Source of the DNA: Octopus vulgaris | Taxonomy: Eukaryota | Reading direction: 5' to 3' | Length of the DNA stretch: 64,000 nt | NCBI GenBank assembly: GCA_951406725.2 | Contig: OX597824.1 | Coordinates: 37,944,001 to 38,008,000, forward strand | Part shown: in pieces, positions 38,390 through 52,435 of the stretch | Layout: each line of letters begins with the position of its first letter | Position numbering within the stretch: position 1 is the first letter of the stretch | Notes under the pieces: generated by a model | What the model was told of the DNA's origin: nothing | What the model saw: the letters and a program-made list of their open reading frames with translations, nothing else | The model's database searches: none | Translations under genes and position numbers: made by a program

Positions 38390-39110
38390 TGAACAGCTCT
38401 TGATCTCACTTGTTGACCACATGCACACGTACTACAAAATCTCTCTCTCCTATAACTGGTGAAGCTAATTTTGGGGGTTCTATTTTAGACACACTGGCAC
38501 TCAGCAATCTGATTCCTGTCCTCTATCATACAGAATGGCCACAGTGTTGAGACCTGTCCGATCTTTTATGCTGTCGGAGTAGGATATTTTTTTTCTGTCT
38601 CTTCATCCTCCTGTCACTGTTCCTTGGAAAATTAGTTTTGTACTGGGTATTGTGTTGGAATGCATGGCCAGAGCTGGTGGGCTTTTGTCATTTTCATATA
38701 GTAACAAGTAATTCTTGCTTGCCAACATGTTTGGCAACTTACTGTCTGACAGAGCTTTTTGTCTTGTGCTTTTTGTGCAAGATGCAAAGCAGCTTTTTTG
38801 AAACATTTGAAATTGAATGCCTGAATACTACCTTTCATCTCATTTGTAAACCTCCAGCTTTTGTATCCCTACCAGAAGATCATTCACTAAGGAGTTGTGT
38901 AGTTTGAAGCTTATTGAAAATTTGTTGAAATTGCTTTTATGACATTCAGCTTCATCAAGGCAGTTGAGGCCAAGTCTTTACTTTTATCTCCTTTATTGTT
39001 GTTGCTCTGAGTGAATCCAAGGCATTTAAAATTGTCCACTTCAAAATTTTGTTCATTCAGCGTTACTGCATTGTGCTTATGATTATTGATCACCAGATCA
39101 ATATTGATCA
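38390..39110 (-). mobile_element. Decayed RTE-type LINE fragment
   Basis: NEQNFEVDNFKCLG, IQAFNFKCFKK and KLIFQGTVTGG resemble RTE C-terminal motifs. Confidence 0.6.
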
Positions 39111-39947
39111 TTATTTTCTAACCTGATATTTTTCCCACTCTGAGTTCCTGGAATATTGGAGTAGCCTTACATTCTTTATTGTTAGTGGCATTCTATAGAA
39201 TGCTGCTGCTTGCAGATATAGTCTATTATTTTACTGTCTTTGTTATTTTACCGAAATTCCTTCTGATCATGTAATTCATCATCTCTGACACTAAACACTT
39301 TTCGGTCTTTCTTCTTTGGAGCCATCCTTCTGACCTCTCTTTGTTTATATCATCCTTGCTAGAATAAATACTACCTTGTAAAAGTCCAAACTGAACCCTA
39401 TTCAAGAAGTCATAAGCACTGGGTTTCCTCCTCAGACTAAATAATTAAAAAAATTTTTTAAATAAAGCTATTTAAGTTAAATTGATGGAAGTCTTAATAA
39501 TACTATTAACTTTTCATTCGCTTTGCTGCTAGATTAACTAATGTACTTTTAGAGAGAGAGAATGTCCTTCCATTGTGGCAGATTCATCACAGATAATTAC
39601 ATAGCTATAAGTATATTACCTGTAATTCTGACTGTTGAATACATTGTATTGTAAATCCATCATCAGTCAACCTGTAAATTTGCCATCTGTAAATTTTCAG
39701 ATCAAATATATGATCAAACTTTATTTGTATATTGAATAAAATCCATGCTCTGAAAAAAAATATAATGATAGTCTTGGTGCGAAATCAATCCATCAACAAT
39801 GAATATAATGTAAAATACTTAAGAGGCAGTGCTCCTAATTTAAAATTTTAGTATGATTTTCTTCAGGTTTAAAAGTGTCCCCTTTTTATTTGAATTTCCA
39901 ATTTTTTTTGTTTTTGTTTTTTTTACTTGAATCTGTGCTTATGAAGT

Positions 39948-42053
39948 TGCAGGGACCATGCGATGCGAGGTAATGAGAATGGCTTTTTAGTACATCTCAT
40001 GGTTGATACAATAAATATGTGGATTTGAATGGTATATATATTTGTCAGAGGAAAAAGGACACGACTATGTAGAATGATTAAGAGATTTATTGATATAGTG
40101 TGTGTGTGTGTGTGTGTGCATCATGGATACAGAAATAAATTGACAGGCCTTTGTGAGAAGAAAGTTTGTGTGTGTTGTGTGTGTTTAAGGATGTTAAGTA
40201 GATAGTGAAATAGTCTATAAAGAGAAGTGAGAAGAATGTTCATAGATATAAGTAAGATAAATAATATCAGTTCATAGTCATTTGTACTCAAGAAGTTGTG
40301 GCCATGATGTGGAGCTAGTTGCAGGTACATGTATGTGAAGTTGTGGCTGTGATGCTGCTGCCTGGGTCACTTGATACAGGAGTTCATGCAGGTTGTATAT
40401 TTGTTGTTGATCCGTGGTGAGATAATTCACAAACTGAAGTATTGGAACCTGGATGAATTGCTTGCTGAGCTGTGTACATAGAGATGATGTTGACGACGTT
40501 AAGAAGGACATGATGGTGGCAACAAAGATGGAGGTTGACGTAATGTTGTTGGATGAAGTTGGTAAGTCTCAGAGTAGCTGCTGTGGTGTTGTCGGTGGAA
40601 CTGGCTGTGTCTACATGGTCAGTGGCTTGATCATAAAGGTCAGGAACCAAAGATGTGTATTGAGGTAAAACCTGGATTTTTATAGAAAGTAGTGGGCTCA
40701 AAATAGGGTTTGAAAAAGGTTGTTCATGTGGTGCTATCTGAAGTCTCTGATTGGCTATCTGTGGTCAGTTGACACAACAGAGTAGGAGACAAATTGTGCG
40801 AATACCAACCAATCAGAGTAGTGGACACAATGGGATACGAACAGCAGCTGAAGGTCAGTTGGTCCCTGCTACATTCAAATGCACGTATAGAGTCTACGCT
40901 ACATATAGCCCCTGACCAGGAGACAAAATAAACGATAAAAAGAAAATATATTTGTAGTGAAGATATGAAATTAGAAAGAACGGTTGGTCATTAAAGTAAA
41001 ATGAAAAATTGGCACTGAACTGTGGAAAGGAATACGTGTTCTAAATCAGGGTTACCAGTTTGTAGCGACCGTGCAATGTGAGGTGATGAGAATAGCTCTT
41101 TAGTACATCACACAATAAATATATAATTGATACAATAGATATATAATTGAATAGCACATATAAGTGCCAGAGGGGAAAAAGGAGACAGAATCATGTAGAA
41201 TGATTAAGGGAAGATTTATTGATATAATGTGTGTCTGTGTGCATCATGTATACAGAATAATAGACAGGCTATCACGAGAACAAAATGTATGTGTGTGTGT
41301 AAGCATAGATGTATGCACATGTAAAGAACATATAAGAATGGTAATGAAGTTGACAGTGAAAGAGTCTATAGCCATAGAAGTGAGAAGTGTGTAGACACAA
41401 GAATAAGAGTACTAGTTTGTAGTCAGTTGTACACAGTAGTTGAGATACTGTATCAAGAAGTTGCAGCCATGATGCTGAGCTGCTTACAGATACATGTTGT
41501 ACGTGAGGTTGTAGCTGTGATGCTGCTTCCTGGGTCACTTGGTACAGGAGTTCTTGCAGGTTTTATATTCGCTGTTGAACCATGGTGAAGTAATTCATGA
41601 ACAGAGAAATGTTGAAACCTGGCTTGCTGAGCTGTGTACATAGAGAGATGATGTTGACAGCATTAAGATGATGGTGGCGACAAAGATGGAGGTTGCCATA
41701 ATGCTGTTGGATGAAGTTGGTAAGTCTCAACGTTGCTGCTGTGGTGTTGTTGCTGGAACTGGCCATGTCTACGTGGTCAGTGGCTTGACCTTAAATAGTC
41801 AGGGACCTAAGATTTTATTGAGGAAAAAGCTGAGTTTTTATAGAAAGTAGTAGGCTTGAAATAGGGTTTGAAAAAGGTTATTCACATGATGCTATCTAAA
41901 GTCTCTGACTGGCTATCCGTGGTCAGTTGACACAACAGAGTATGAGACAAATTGTGTCAACACCAGAGAAGTGGACACAACAGGATACAAACAGTGGCCA
42001 AAGGCTAGTTGGTCCCTGCTACATCCGAATGCACATATAGAGTCTATGCTACA
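39948..42053 (-). mobile_element. Non-autonomous LTR retrotransposon (Ty3/gypsy-like signals): LTRs 39948-40903 and 41061-42053, 157-bp internal region
   Basis: Two collinear direct repeats with TG...CA ends (TGTAGC...GCTACA); TSD AAGT at 39944-39947 and 42054-42057; PBS TGGTAACCCTGA (minus, 41057-41046); weak purine tract caggggctata before the 3' LTR. Confidence 0.85.
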
Positions 42054-43041
42054 AAGTTAATTGCATTTATGGCCATCTTATTGTTGTTTGTAAATTACAA
42101 ATTCTATTTCTCGTAATTATTTGAAAATTTTGTCTCAATCTTTTTCTCAATTTAGTTAAAACCTTTTTCTTAATGATATATTTACGCTGATGGTAGAATT
42201 ACCAGGTTTATAAGCTATTTACTTTGCACAATCCAAGATGAATTTATTCTGAAAGTTTTAAAGCAACAGACCAATAATGGAGACAGTAATTTCAATATAT
42301 TTTAGTCATTATTAAAGGACTAGCTTAAAAGCTTCCCAATAGGGTGGCTTTTAATCTAGTATATAGCTTTTAAGCGACTAACCTCGAATGGGAAGATCTG
42401 CAAACAGATCTCTGACTTGTTTTGGAGAATTTGTTGCAGTTGCTTCCTCTTTCTCTCTCTCTGTCTTCGCCACCACCCTCTCTGTTTCTATCTACTATTA
42501 CTCTCACCCCATCATGAGTAATAGTAGGAGTGTCATTGAATAGTGAGAGATGGGGTCTAAGTATGACACACAGAAATTAGTTTTCGCATTTATTATATTA
42601 TATTAGATAGTGAAATTATTGTTACTACTATTGTGGAAGCATTTTTAATCAATCAAGGTATCCATTGGTGGTGGATACCTGTTCAATTTAAATGTAATAT
42701 AGAATGCTGTACAATCTAAATACAATGGTTTCAAAGGTTGACTGAGTTCATTTGATGACTCTGGTCTAAAGCTAAATATTTCAGTGACTTTCTTTGGATA
42801 ATCTCTTGGCTGACAGAAGAATTTAAGCACAGCAATGCAAACTAAAGGAATGCTAGTTGAATTAATCATGTGATACACTTCGTATATTGTTTGAAGTGTT
42901 ATCCTACTCTACATCTTCTTCAGCAGATGTCTTTTTGCTGTCACAGCCTAAGATTGGATAAAATCATGTGAGTGAAATTTGTTTGGTGGAAATCAAGGTC
43001 ATTCAATTTAACACCTTCACCTAGTTCTTTTTATATATAAT

Positions 43042-43740
43042 AATGAAATTATTGTATACAGTGCTCAGGTGCACCACAACTTGTCAAAAGTGTGTATAAA
43101 GCATATGCAGTAATGTACAAATGTCTGGGAAGTGAACAGTGTATGAGTAGATACATGCTTGCGTGTGTATGGAGGAGAGAAAATCAGGTGTAGTTTTGGC
43201 GAATCTCAGGAAGCATGGAAGTTTTGAAGGATGCAATGCTCCGACAACTAACAACTGATGCCAGCAGTTTGTTCCATGCTTCAGCAACTCTTAGCGTGAA
43301 AAAATGTTTCCGAAAGTCATGGGAGCTGTGCTGTTTTCTGACTTTGTAAACATGTCCACAGGTGTTAGACAGGTGGAATTTGAAAAGGTGCTCAGTTATT
43401 AGTAAGATGGTTAATAATTTTATGGGTGTCTGCCAAGTCAGCTGCCAGATGTCGGAGTCTCAATGTATCCATGCACAGGGAAGTAAGGCATTCAGAATAT
43501 GGCAAATGCCTGATGGTGGGTATTCTCTTGGTTGCATGGGCAAGATGGGGATTCTAGACCAGTGAAGCAAATTCCAGGTGAGGCCTCACCATAGCTATAT
43601 AAAACCTCAGATAGATAGCCTGAGAGCAGCTCACAAAGGACTTGGTAAGTGATGCCAAGACACCCTCAGCCTTCTTGGCAATTTTAACAATGTGTTTTGT
43701 CCAACGCAAATTGCTGTCGACAATAATGCCCAGGTCATGT
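43042..43740 (-). mobile_element. CR1-type LINE 3' fragment
   Basis: Minus strand reads SNTCGHVYKVRKQHSSHDFRKHFFTLRVAEAWNKLLASVVSCRSIASFK, followed by a short 3' UTR and att-type tail. Confidence 0.85.
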
Positions 43741-45028
43741 TCACAAGACTTTTGAGATTACCGCTTTTAGTAGAGTCCACTCACATTCAGGCATTTGTGC
43801 TAAGTTTCTGCTATCAGGATAACTTGCACTCTGCATCTTGCCAACCTTGGAGACTCTGACAATGGTCTCTGGTGCTGTCATTTTTCCTTTCATTAGCCCC
43901 TTAAAATATTTTCTTTTTAGAACTATGTGGACTGTCAACTAGTTTTAAATGTTTTGGTTATGGTCATAACCACGGTACCAATAAACTGCTGTCCTTCATT
44001 TGACATGTAATTTCATATTTTTACCTGACCAGTCATCTGTGACAATAACTATCAACTCTTTACATTCATATGGCTGGATAAAATATAAAATTAGAAAATA
44101 CTTCGGAGGTATTAATTTCCTGGTTTATGTTTGGACTTAGTAACCCTATTTTAATCTTCTCTTCATTCACAAAGTCGCAGTTTTCATTAGTCATGTCACT
44201 ATTTCAGTCAATGCACACACAAGTAGCCTGCCTAATCCATTATTTCACTAACTTAACAACCTTCATGGATCAGGGGGGAAAAAAGAAAAAAAAAAACTTA
44301 GAGCTGTCAGTGGCCATTTGTAATTATTTTAGATAACCACAGTAACTAAAATACCTGAGACTAAACAACAGCAACGATAACAATTTTATTGTTGTTGGTG
44401 TTTAGTAGCAACAACAACTGGTCTATTAGTAAACGTAGTAGCAATAGTTTCAACAAGGAAAGCAAAATTGTCTTTTGACAATAATGGAGTTTTGTTTGTG
44501 TGAAACCAGCTTAAATAAAACTGCAGTTGTATTTAACAAGATTTAAATTTGTGAAAAATGAGACTGATGGTGATGGTGGAGATAATACACTGTTTTGTAA
44601 AAACTGAGTGGATATAGTGATTATCTATGTAGAGTAAAATTTAATCCAATAGTGTAAACCCGCCCTTCATACATTTAAATAATCAATGAGGCTTGTTTCT
44701 TGGATCAAATCTGGATGCCTTGATTATTGAATTATCTACACACCGCTAGAGAAATATAATATGCCAAATGTTGATGAGCAAGAGGTAAAGTCATGTTTTA
44801 TCTAATGCTTTTCATGTTTGTAACCATTTTAGTTCTTTTACATTCTTTGACGTCACATAACTGACTCAACAAGGTGTCATGATTATCAGCAGAAGAAATG
44901 ATAGCTTATATTCAGACAGTACCATAGTGAAATATCTATGGTTGCAACATAACTTGCACTAACACAGTCTTGTTATAAATAAGTACCAAGAGGTAGGGGC
45001 AGTTCACTTAAAGTATATGCTTTAATAC

Positions 45029-45190
45029 TGGTTTCAAATTTTGGCACAAGGTCAGTACTTTGGTACTGATTTTATCAACCCTGAAAGTATGAAAGGCAAA
45101 ATCGACCTTGGTAGAATTTGAACTCAGAACATAAATGAAATTCTAAGCATTTTGCCTGGCATGCTAACAATTCTGCCAGTTTGTCGCCTT
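45029..45190 (-). mobile_element. SINE family A, internally deleted
   Basis: gaaaggcaaaatcgaccttggtagaatttgaactcagaac...tctgccagtttgtcgcc. Confidence 0.75.
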
Positions 45191-48100
45191 GGTATATACT
45201 TTTAATATTGCAGTTCTGACTTAAAGAGCTTAGAGTAAGTAATGAGAATGAATTAAAATGTATCTTTCCTCAAAAAATTTTGGGTTTTTTTCTTCTTAAA
45301 GTTACTAAAAATTATTTAGTGCATTGTGACTTCCTCTTCTTTTCCTACATCTGATGCCCATAATATATGACAGTAGTGCCATCGTATCACATTTTTCAAC
45401 CCCTAAATATAAAATATTTTCCCTGTTAACTATTTCCCCTCAAACTGTTAGTGAAAACATGACACGAAGATAAAATTCTTATTTTACTTCCTGTTTTGGT
45501 GATGAACAGATTGAAGTGCTTAATCATGGTGTTTGATAAGACTTATCAAATTGGCAGAATTATCTTCTAGGTGTATCTTTCTTTGAGAGTATCTCTTTAG
45601 TATTAGATTGCTAAGAGGATTTTCTAATCAGTTATTACTAAACTTGATGGAATTTGAAGATATGATGAATAATTAAGCAAAAGTTAATATGTCAGAATGT
45701 TTGTATTTTTTTCCGAAATTGGTCATTTTTAGGAAGAAATTTTGATGGCTATAACGCTGGACTGAGATTTTGTATCCAAGTTTTCTTGTGGTACATCAAT
45801 AGTATCTTTTGGTTTCTTCAAAATCTTTACTGATCACATTGTCGGTTCATAATCATTACTTTACTCAGCACTCAGGTGAAGTATACAAGGGCCAAAATGC
45901 TTGTGATTCTGAGGTATCTACTGAAGATCAGAATTATTCTAAACAATGCTTTAGTCACCTTCAAGAGAAAATCTTGCAACATATTTAAGATACTTCTGCT
46001 TGTGGTTAAACCTCCCTGATGTTTCTTTACTTTTGTCAATTATTGACTTGTTTCATAGTTAGAATTTCAAATTTAAAAATAGCTACTCAAAGAAAAACCA
46101 TTCCACCCATGACAGCTTAGAAAGCAGTTGTAGAATAAACAAAATAATAAGTGTAGTGGAAACTGTATTAGGAATTGAGCTAGGGATTGGGTTTTAAGTG
46201 TGAGATTAAAACTAATTTTACTTTACAAATGTCCATTGTGAAAGTATACTTTTCTCTCCTTTAACTTCTAACCATAAAGAAACCAGTGCTTTTAAATACT
46301 CCTGTTTGAGTTTGTATTTGTTCAGTGTGTGTATGTGAATGACCATCTGTTTGTCAGTATGGGCATCTCTACAAGTCAATGTTGTTTTCCTGCTGTGAAA
46401 GTACAATGTGGTTAATGTTTTACTTGAATAGTCACAAGTTGATGGTTACAGGAAAAACATGAACAAGGAGCTAATTCAAGAGGGGTGACTTTTTAGGATT
46501 GGAAGACTGGATATATCATAGTTAGGGAAGGTGACTATGATGGGACACAATATGTATAAGGAGAGGAGTGAGTTGTGAGTGCCTAAATGAAAATGGCATG
46601 GAACCAACCAGTTCCAAGGAACAGAAGCTGTTGTAGTTCCTGTAGAAAAGGTAAGATAAAGATATAACATCTGTGAGTCAGAGGTTGGAGTGATGAGCAA
46701 TTTCATTTCAATCACTCAAGTGTTTTGGATATAGTCTGGTATGTCTATATGTACCAACAGCTACAACACTGTTTCATGAGAAGGGGGTTTTCACTTGAGT
46801 TTTGTTGTGGGTTACTTATATAAAGGACGGCAGCTTATGTATTTTCTGACTTTAAAGAGGAGGGCCAGTCTTTGATGTTGGCTTTAGTGTTACACCTCAC
46901 TGATGAAAAGGTTTAATATTTGTAAAGATCTTGGTCATAATAGTTTGTTCATGTTTAGCAGGTGAGTTAGGATATAATTTTTTTGATATGTCTAATGATG
47001 TCTTCGTGTCTATGAAGTGTCTTAATATTTGAATAAGTCTAACATTGAGCAAACTGAATTTTTATTCTGTTTGGGACAAAAGATGCTTTAATCTACTCCA
47101 ACCCATTTCTCACTCCTGACAGACAAGCTACCACACTATTTGTCAGTTAGGCTTCCATATCATTAATTAGTGATCTTTCATTAATTGAAGCTTTAACCTC
47201 ATTGTTATAACTAGAATTCTTATTTACGTAACAAATTGCACATATAACTGTTAGGTTTTCACATATAAAGCATCTTTAAATACTGCCTTACCTATGCAAC
47301 ATCCTGCGTGTATATATATATAATTTATATTTATATATATCTACCTACCTGAACATTCATGTTTCCCTCTGCCTTTCTCTGGCCATCTGTCTATCATGAT
47401 AAAAAAAAAATTTAATCTTCATATCTCATTAAAAGATTATCTGGTATAGCTGTTGTAAAGCAAACAGTTTTTTTAGTGCTGCTTCAGCTCTGGAGTGTGT
47501 AAGATCATCTTTAAAGGTTTTTGTCACAGGAACATGACCCTCATAAGGTAAGGATATTTTTTTTGTTGAATAATTGTAGTGATTATGTGGTCAGAAATTA
47601 GAAGAGCTGTCAGCACTTTTTGTTTTTAAGTTTGAACATTAATCCTAACCTTATCCTGACATGTAATTTAGCCTGTTGTCTGCCTGATTAAACAGACCTA
47701 TGATCAAAGGTATTCCAGGTATTATCAGCCATTTTATTTTCACAGACAATATATTTACAGCTATGGTCTTTTATTAAAGACAACACAGGGACTCGGAGGG
47801 TATTTTCCTATTTCCACAACTACACTATTCTTAAAAGGTAGCAAAAGGACTTCTCCACTAAAATACAGCAGTTACACACACCACACGCAGGTGTGTGTGT
47901 GTGTGTGAATATGAAATGTATGTGTTTGAATATGCAAGTGTGTGTGTGTACACATGGGTATATATTTGTGTGTGTACACATATATAGATGTGTTTATTGG
48001 TGCCTGTATGTGATTGTATGTATATAAATGCATGTAAATGTGTGTGTGCCTCTCTTATGTTTTTAATTATTTGAAGTCTTCTTGTAAAGAAGGAGCTAGT

Positions 48101-49196
48101 TTCTAACCAAGATGTAAAGCTCCATCATTGGCATCTAGATGACAAAAACAAATTCACATTTTAAACTTGTAAAAAGTCTTGCATATTTTTACTGTTCCAC
48201 TTACAAATTGTCTGTTACAATTTCAAGCCCATTTACATTTGACAGTTTCGATGGGAATTTTCCACCAAAAATCCTTGTGCTAATGTTTATGTATGTATGT
48301 TTTTATCAATGGATGGGATGGGGGAATTCTCTGTATTCCAGGATAGTTTTTTTTTTTTTTTTCAGATGACATCATACATTGTTTTAGTAACAGTATCATG
48401 TTACATAGGGAAATATTAACTTGATGAAATGTTTGGGCAGCTGTTAAGCATGTGATTGTCGTCTACAGAAATATGACATCAACAGTTTTGGCTGCATCTT
48501 GCAGCTCCAAAGTGTTTCACTGTCTCTTTTGATTACTGGGTATTTCATAGCAATCTCCTGTTTTTGGATTGCAAATGCGTAATTTTCAAAGTATGATGTG
48601 ATGTAGTGGTCGTGAATCCAAAAGAGTCTGCACTTCATGTCACATGTGGGTATCACTTCAAGTGTTTGGGAAACTTACCAATATATAGTCCTTTTGGTAT
48701 GCTGAGCACTTCACTTCCATGTTGTCTTTTGAGGTATGTTAGTCCATCTGTTTTGAGGTTATATGGGAGGTTGTCTGGAAAAGTGTGCTTCCTGTGGAGT
48801 TCACTGCTGACTTGTAGAATATTGTTCTCTTCACTTTTCAGCTTTTTTTTTTGTGTGTGTGTATGTGTTTGTGCATGCACATTTCCGAACCAGATGATAT
48901 ACTGTGTTTTTTAAGTAACTTCGTAGTATGAAGGTGATGCTTGGTCATGACTAAGCTGGTAATTGGAACATAAAATTTCTCATTAAAATTCCTTGCCAAT
49001 TTAATTTAGATCACTTTATATAGTTTGTAGCAAAGAAGTGGGGGCAATCTTGGGCAGGTTAGTATCAAAAAGGATAAATATAACTAAATATTATGTTTTA
49101 AGTTATTCTTACCTGCGTGTCTATAATTCTCTACAAGCTTCCACCCTGGATGACTTGCTCTCCATTAACAAGTAAAATATACAAAATTTACAGTAT

Positions 49197-49590
49197 AGGC
49201 ATAGGAGAGGCTGTGTGGTAAGTAGCTTGCTTACAAACCACATGGTTCCGGGTTCAGTCCCACTGTGTGGCACCTTGGGCAAAGCCTCAGGCTGACCAAA
49301 GCCTTGTGAGTGGATTTGGTAGATGGAAACTGAATGAAGCCCATCGAGTATGTGTGTGTGTATATATATATATATGTGTGTGTGTATGTTTGTGTGTCTC
49401 TGTTTGTCCCCCCAACATCGCTTGACAACCGACGGTGGTGTGTTTACGTCCCTGTAACTTGGTGGTTCGGCAAAAGAGACCAACAGAATAAGTACTAGGC
49501 TTACAAAGAATAAGGCCTGGGGTCGATTTGCTCGACTAAAGGCGGTGCTCCAGCATAGGCACAGTCAAATGACTGAAACAAGTAGAAGAG
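49197..49590 (+). mobile_element. SINE family B
   Basis: Collinear with 2365-2773 apart from a short deletion. Confidence 0.9.
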
Positions 49591-50384
49591 TATCACTGTT
49601 TATCTCTTCGTAACATCCATAACTGCTGGACTTGATTTTTGGATGACTCAGAACTATATTTATCTATAATTCAGAAATGCATCAAATTTGAAAACAATGC
49701 AACAAAATGTTATCAAATTCAACTTTTTTTTTATCTCAGTATCAACATACCAACAAATTTTTTAGTTGTCATTTAGATAATACTATTTCAAGAGATTTAG
49801 GAGATCATATAGATTTCTACTATATCTTCACTTTAGTATTACACCAATCAATTATTTTGATAGGCTCGCAATTTTCATTGTCCTGTAACAGTTTTTTTTC
49901 TTTTTTCTTTTTTTTTTTGGAATGCAGTGACTGTAAATCTATCATTTTTAGTCATGTATTGTGTGTTTGTTTGAACCATTGTCACTCTTAAAGCTGTTTT
50001 ATAATTTACCACATAGGATAATGGTCCTTGTGTGTCCTTGTTAATGGTCCTTGTTAAACGTGTGAATGTTTCATTTTATGGAAATGCTTTGATAGAGGTG
50101 TTTTTTTTTCTTTTCTTGTAGTATTTTGTTACACGTTTCATTCTGTACCCCATTGCTGCAAAAATTGAAATCAGTCAAGATAGTGAAAGACTGATGAAAT
50201 TGACTGGTTTACACCGAAAGTAAATGGATGGATGGATGGACTGAGACATCAATAGACTAGTCAGTGTTGAATGTTAAACTTAGTATGAACATATTTAATG
50301 CAGTGAGTATTTAAACAAGGTAATTAGAAAATATAATTATGAATAAAAGACAGTATTTGCTTAGTGACTTATGATCTTCTTCTT

Positions 50385-50630
50385 CTTTGTTTAGCGTCCG
50401 CTTTCCATGCTAGCATGGTTTGGACGGTGCAACTGGGGTCTGGGAAGCCAGAAGGCTGCACCAGGCCCAGTCTGATCTGGCAATGTTTCTGCGGCTGGAT
50501 GCCTTTCCTAACGCCAACCACTCCGTGAGTGTAATGGGTGCTTTTTACGCGCCACTGGCACAGGTGCCAGTCGAGGCTGGCAAACGTCCACGATCGGATG
50601 GTGCTTTTTACGTGCCACCGGCACGGGGGC
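50385..50630 (-). mobile_element. Family C RTE 3' end
   Basis: gtttagcgtccgctttccatgctagcatgg...ggtgctttttacgtgccaccggcacg. Confidence 0.85.
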
Positions 50631-51194
50631 TAGGCGACTTTTAATTATTTTGGCTAAGCTGTATGATAGCTCTGAATATGTTCCAGTCTTAGCATGGTGA
50701 ACTTGGTCTTATAGAGATCTAGTTAGACCATATCTGGATTTGTTTGTCGAGGGTGTAAGAATAATTTCTCTCAGCTGCACTATGATAATTTACTGTATGA
50801 TGGCCGTTTACTTCTGACTGAGGAAGACCATAACTGATCATTGCTCATGCAAAATGCCTGTAATACTCATGCATGAGATTATTACACCAGCAGTCGGCTT
50901 CACCTGGGTTCTTGTCTATGGCTTCCATGCTTGCTACAGCACTCCCTAAAAAATTTAGGTCCAGTAAGGCTTGCACTGCACTTCACAAACACTCTCCACT
51001 CTGATATGATCCAGAGGCAAACCAGGGCAATATACCCAGTGCCAATCTGGGTTGCAGGCTAGGAATGTGGAAGCACCATGATATCAAGTGTAAGCAAAAG
51101 TTCCCCCAAAATGTTCAGTTCTGTTCAGTTTTATATCAGAATGACTTTCTAGAGATATGCTTTAACAAAACCTAAATTAGGTTCATCTGTTCTT

Positions 51195-51228
<34 letters not shown>

Positions 51229-51282
51229 GCAACAGAAAAGAGGAATTTCGATTATCCCCACATGGTGAGTTGTAATGTATAT

Positions 51283-51391
51283 AAGAAATTAAAAAAGGAA
51301 AATACGTACTCTTATATAGTTTTAATATAATTTTTAATATCAAAATTATATTAAAACTATGTAAGTGTGTGTTTTCCTTTTTTAATTTCTT
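51283..51391. repeat. AT-rich imperfect palindrome (~110 bp)
   Basis: aagaaattaaaaaaggaaaa...atagttttaatataatttt / aaaattatattaaaactat...ttttccttttttaatttctt. Confidence 0.85.
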
Positions 51392-52435
51392 TTGTGTGTA
51401 TGTATATATATATATATATATATATAATCTATCATTGGTTTAATGTTCACTTTTCCTTGCTGGTATGAGGCTGACAGAATTTCATTGAGGTGTATGGCCT
51501 CTCTGTTGCCAACTGTCATATGTTTCCAGGCAAGCTAATATTTCTCCACTACCAGACATCACACAGTGTCAAGAAGACTGTAAAACACCCCACCACAACA
51601 TACACACACCAATAGAATTCTACCTGTTTCTTTCTGCAAAATCCATTTGCAAGGCTTTGGTTGTCCTGGGACTATAGTGGAAGACACTTGGCCAAGGTGC
51701 CATGCAGTGAAATTGAACTTAAAACCGTGTGGCTGTGAAGCAAGCTTCTTACCACACATCTACATACACGCACGTTATAAATAGAACAGATAAGAGAAGT
51801 GAGGTAAGAGTTTATTCCACTTGTTTACAGCTGGTTCATAATCTTGTTATATATCATAGTTTGGTATTACATCATCATTTGCACGCAAGCATACACACAC
51901 ATACACCCATATATACAAGAGTGTTAAAAATATATATTGTGTGTGTATATATATATATATATATACATACATACACACTCACACACACATATATGTCTGT
52001 ACTGAAGAGGGATAAACATAGAAATTATTCAGGAAAGAAAAGTCTTATCTTTAATATTAATGTTAATTTGGAGAGAAAAATGTGTGTTCTAGTTCTATGC
52101 AGGGAGCCAATCTTTCAACTATTCTCATCTCTACAATATTTGGCCTTGTGCCGAGTCAACAAAAGTCTGTTTACATATAATTGAACTAAAACTTATTCTT
52201 TCGGAGGCAGGGGTAGGGTGTTAATATATATATATATATTAAAAATAAATACACTTGGGATATATTTTGCCAGTTTTTTAATGAGTATATTTCATTGTTC
52301 TCTTGGAACTTATTTTTACAGAACCAGTTTAGTTTATTTTTAATCCAAGCATTTTATTTGTACAGTACTTAAACAATTCTATAAAACTATTCATTTACTT
52401 CCAATTATTGACACAATTTCCTATATTCTTTCTTT

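Noticed and set aside
48345-48540. Strong poly-T acceptor (tttttcag|atgac)
   Set aside because: Early stop codons in the frames I read and no good donor; a non-coding exon cannot be excluded.
50122-50223. Acceptor followed by a 33-codon frame, containing CTGATGA...GAAA
   Set aside because: No homology or donor, and the hammerhead stems I and II do not close.
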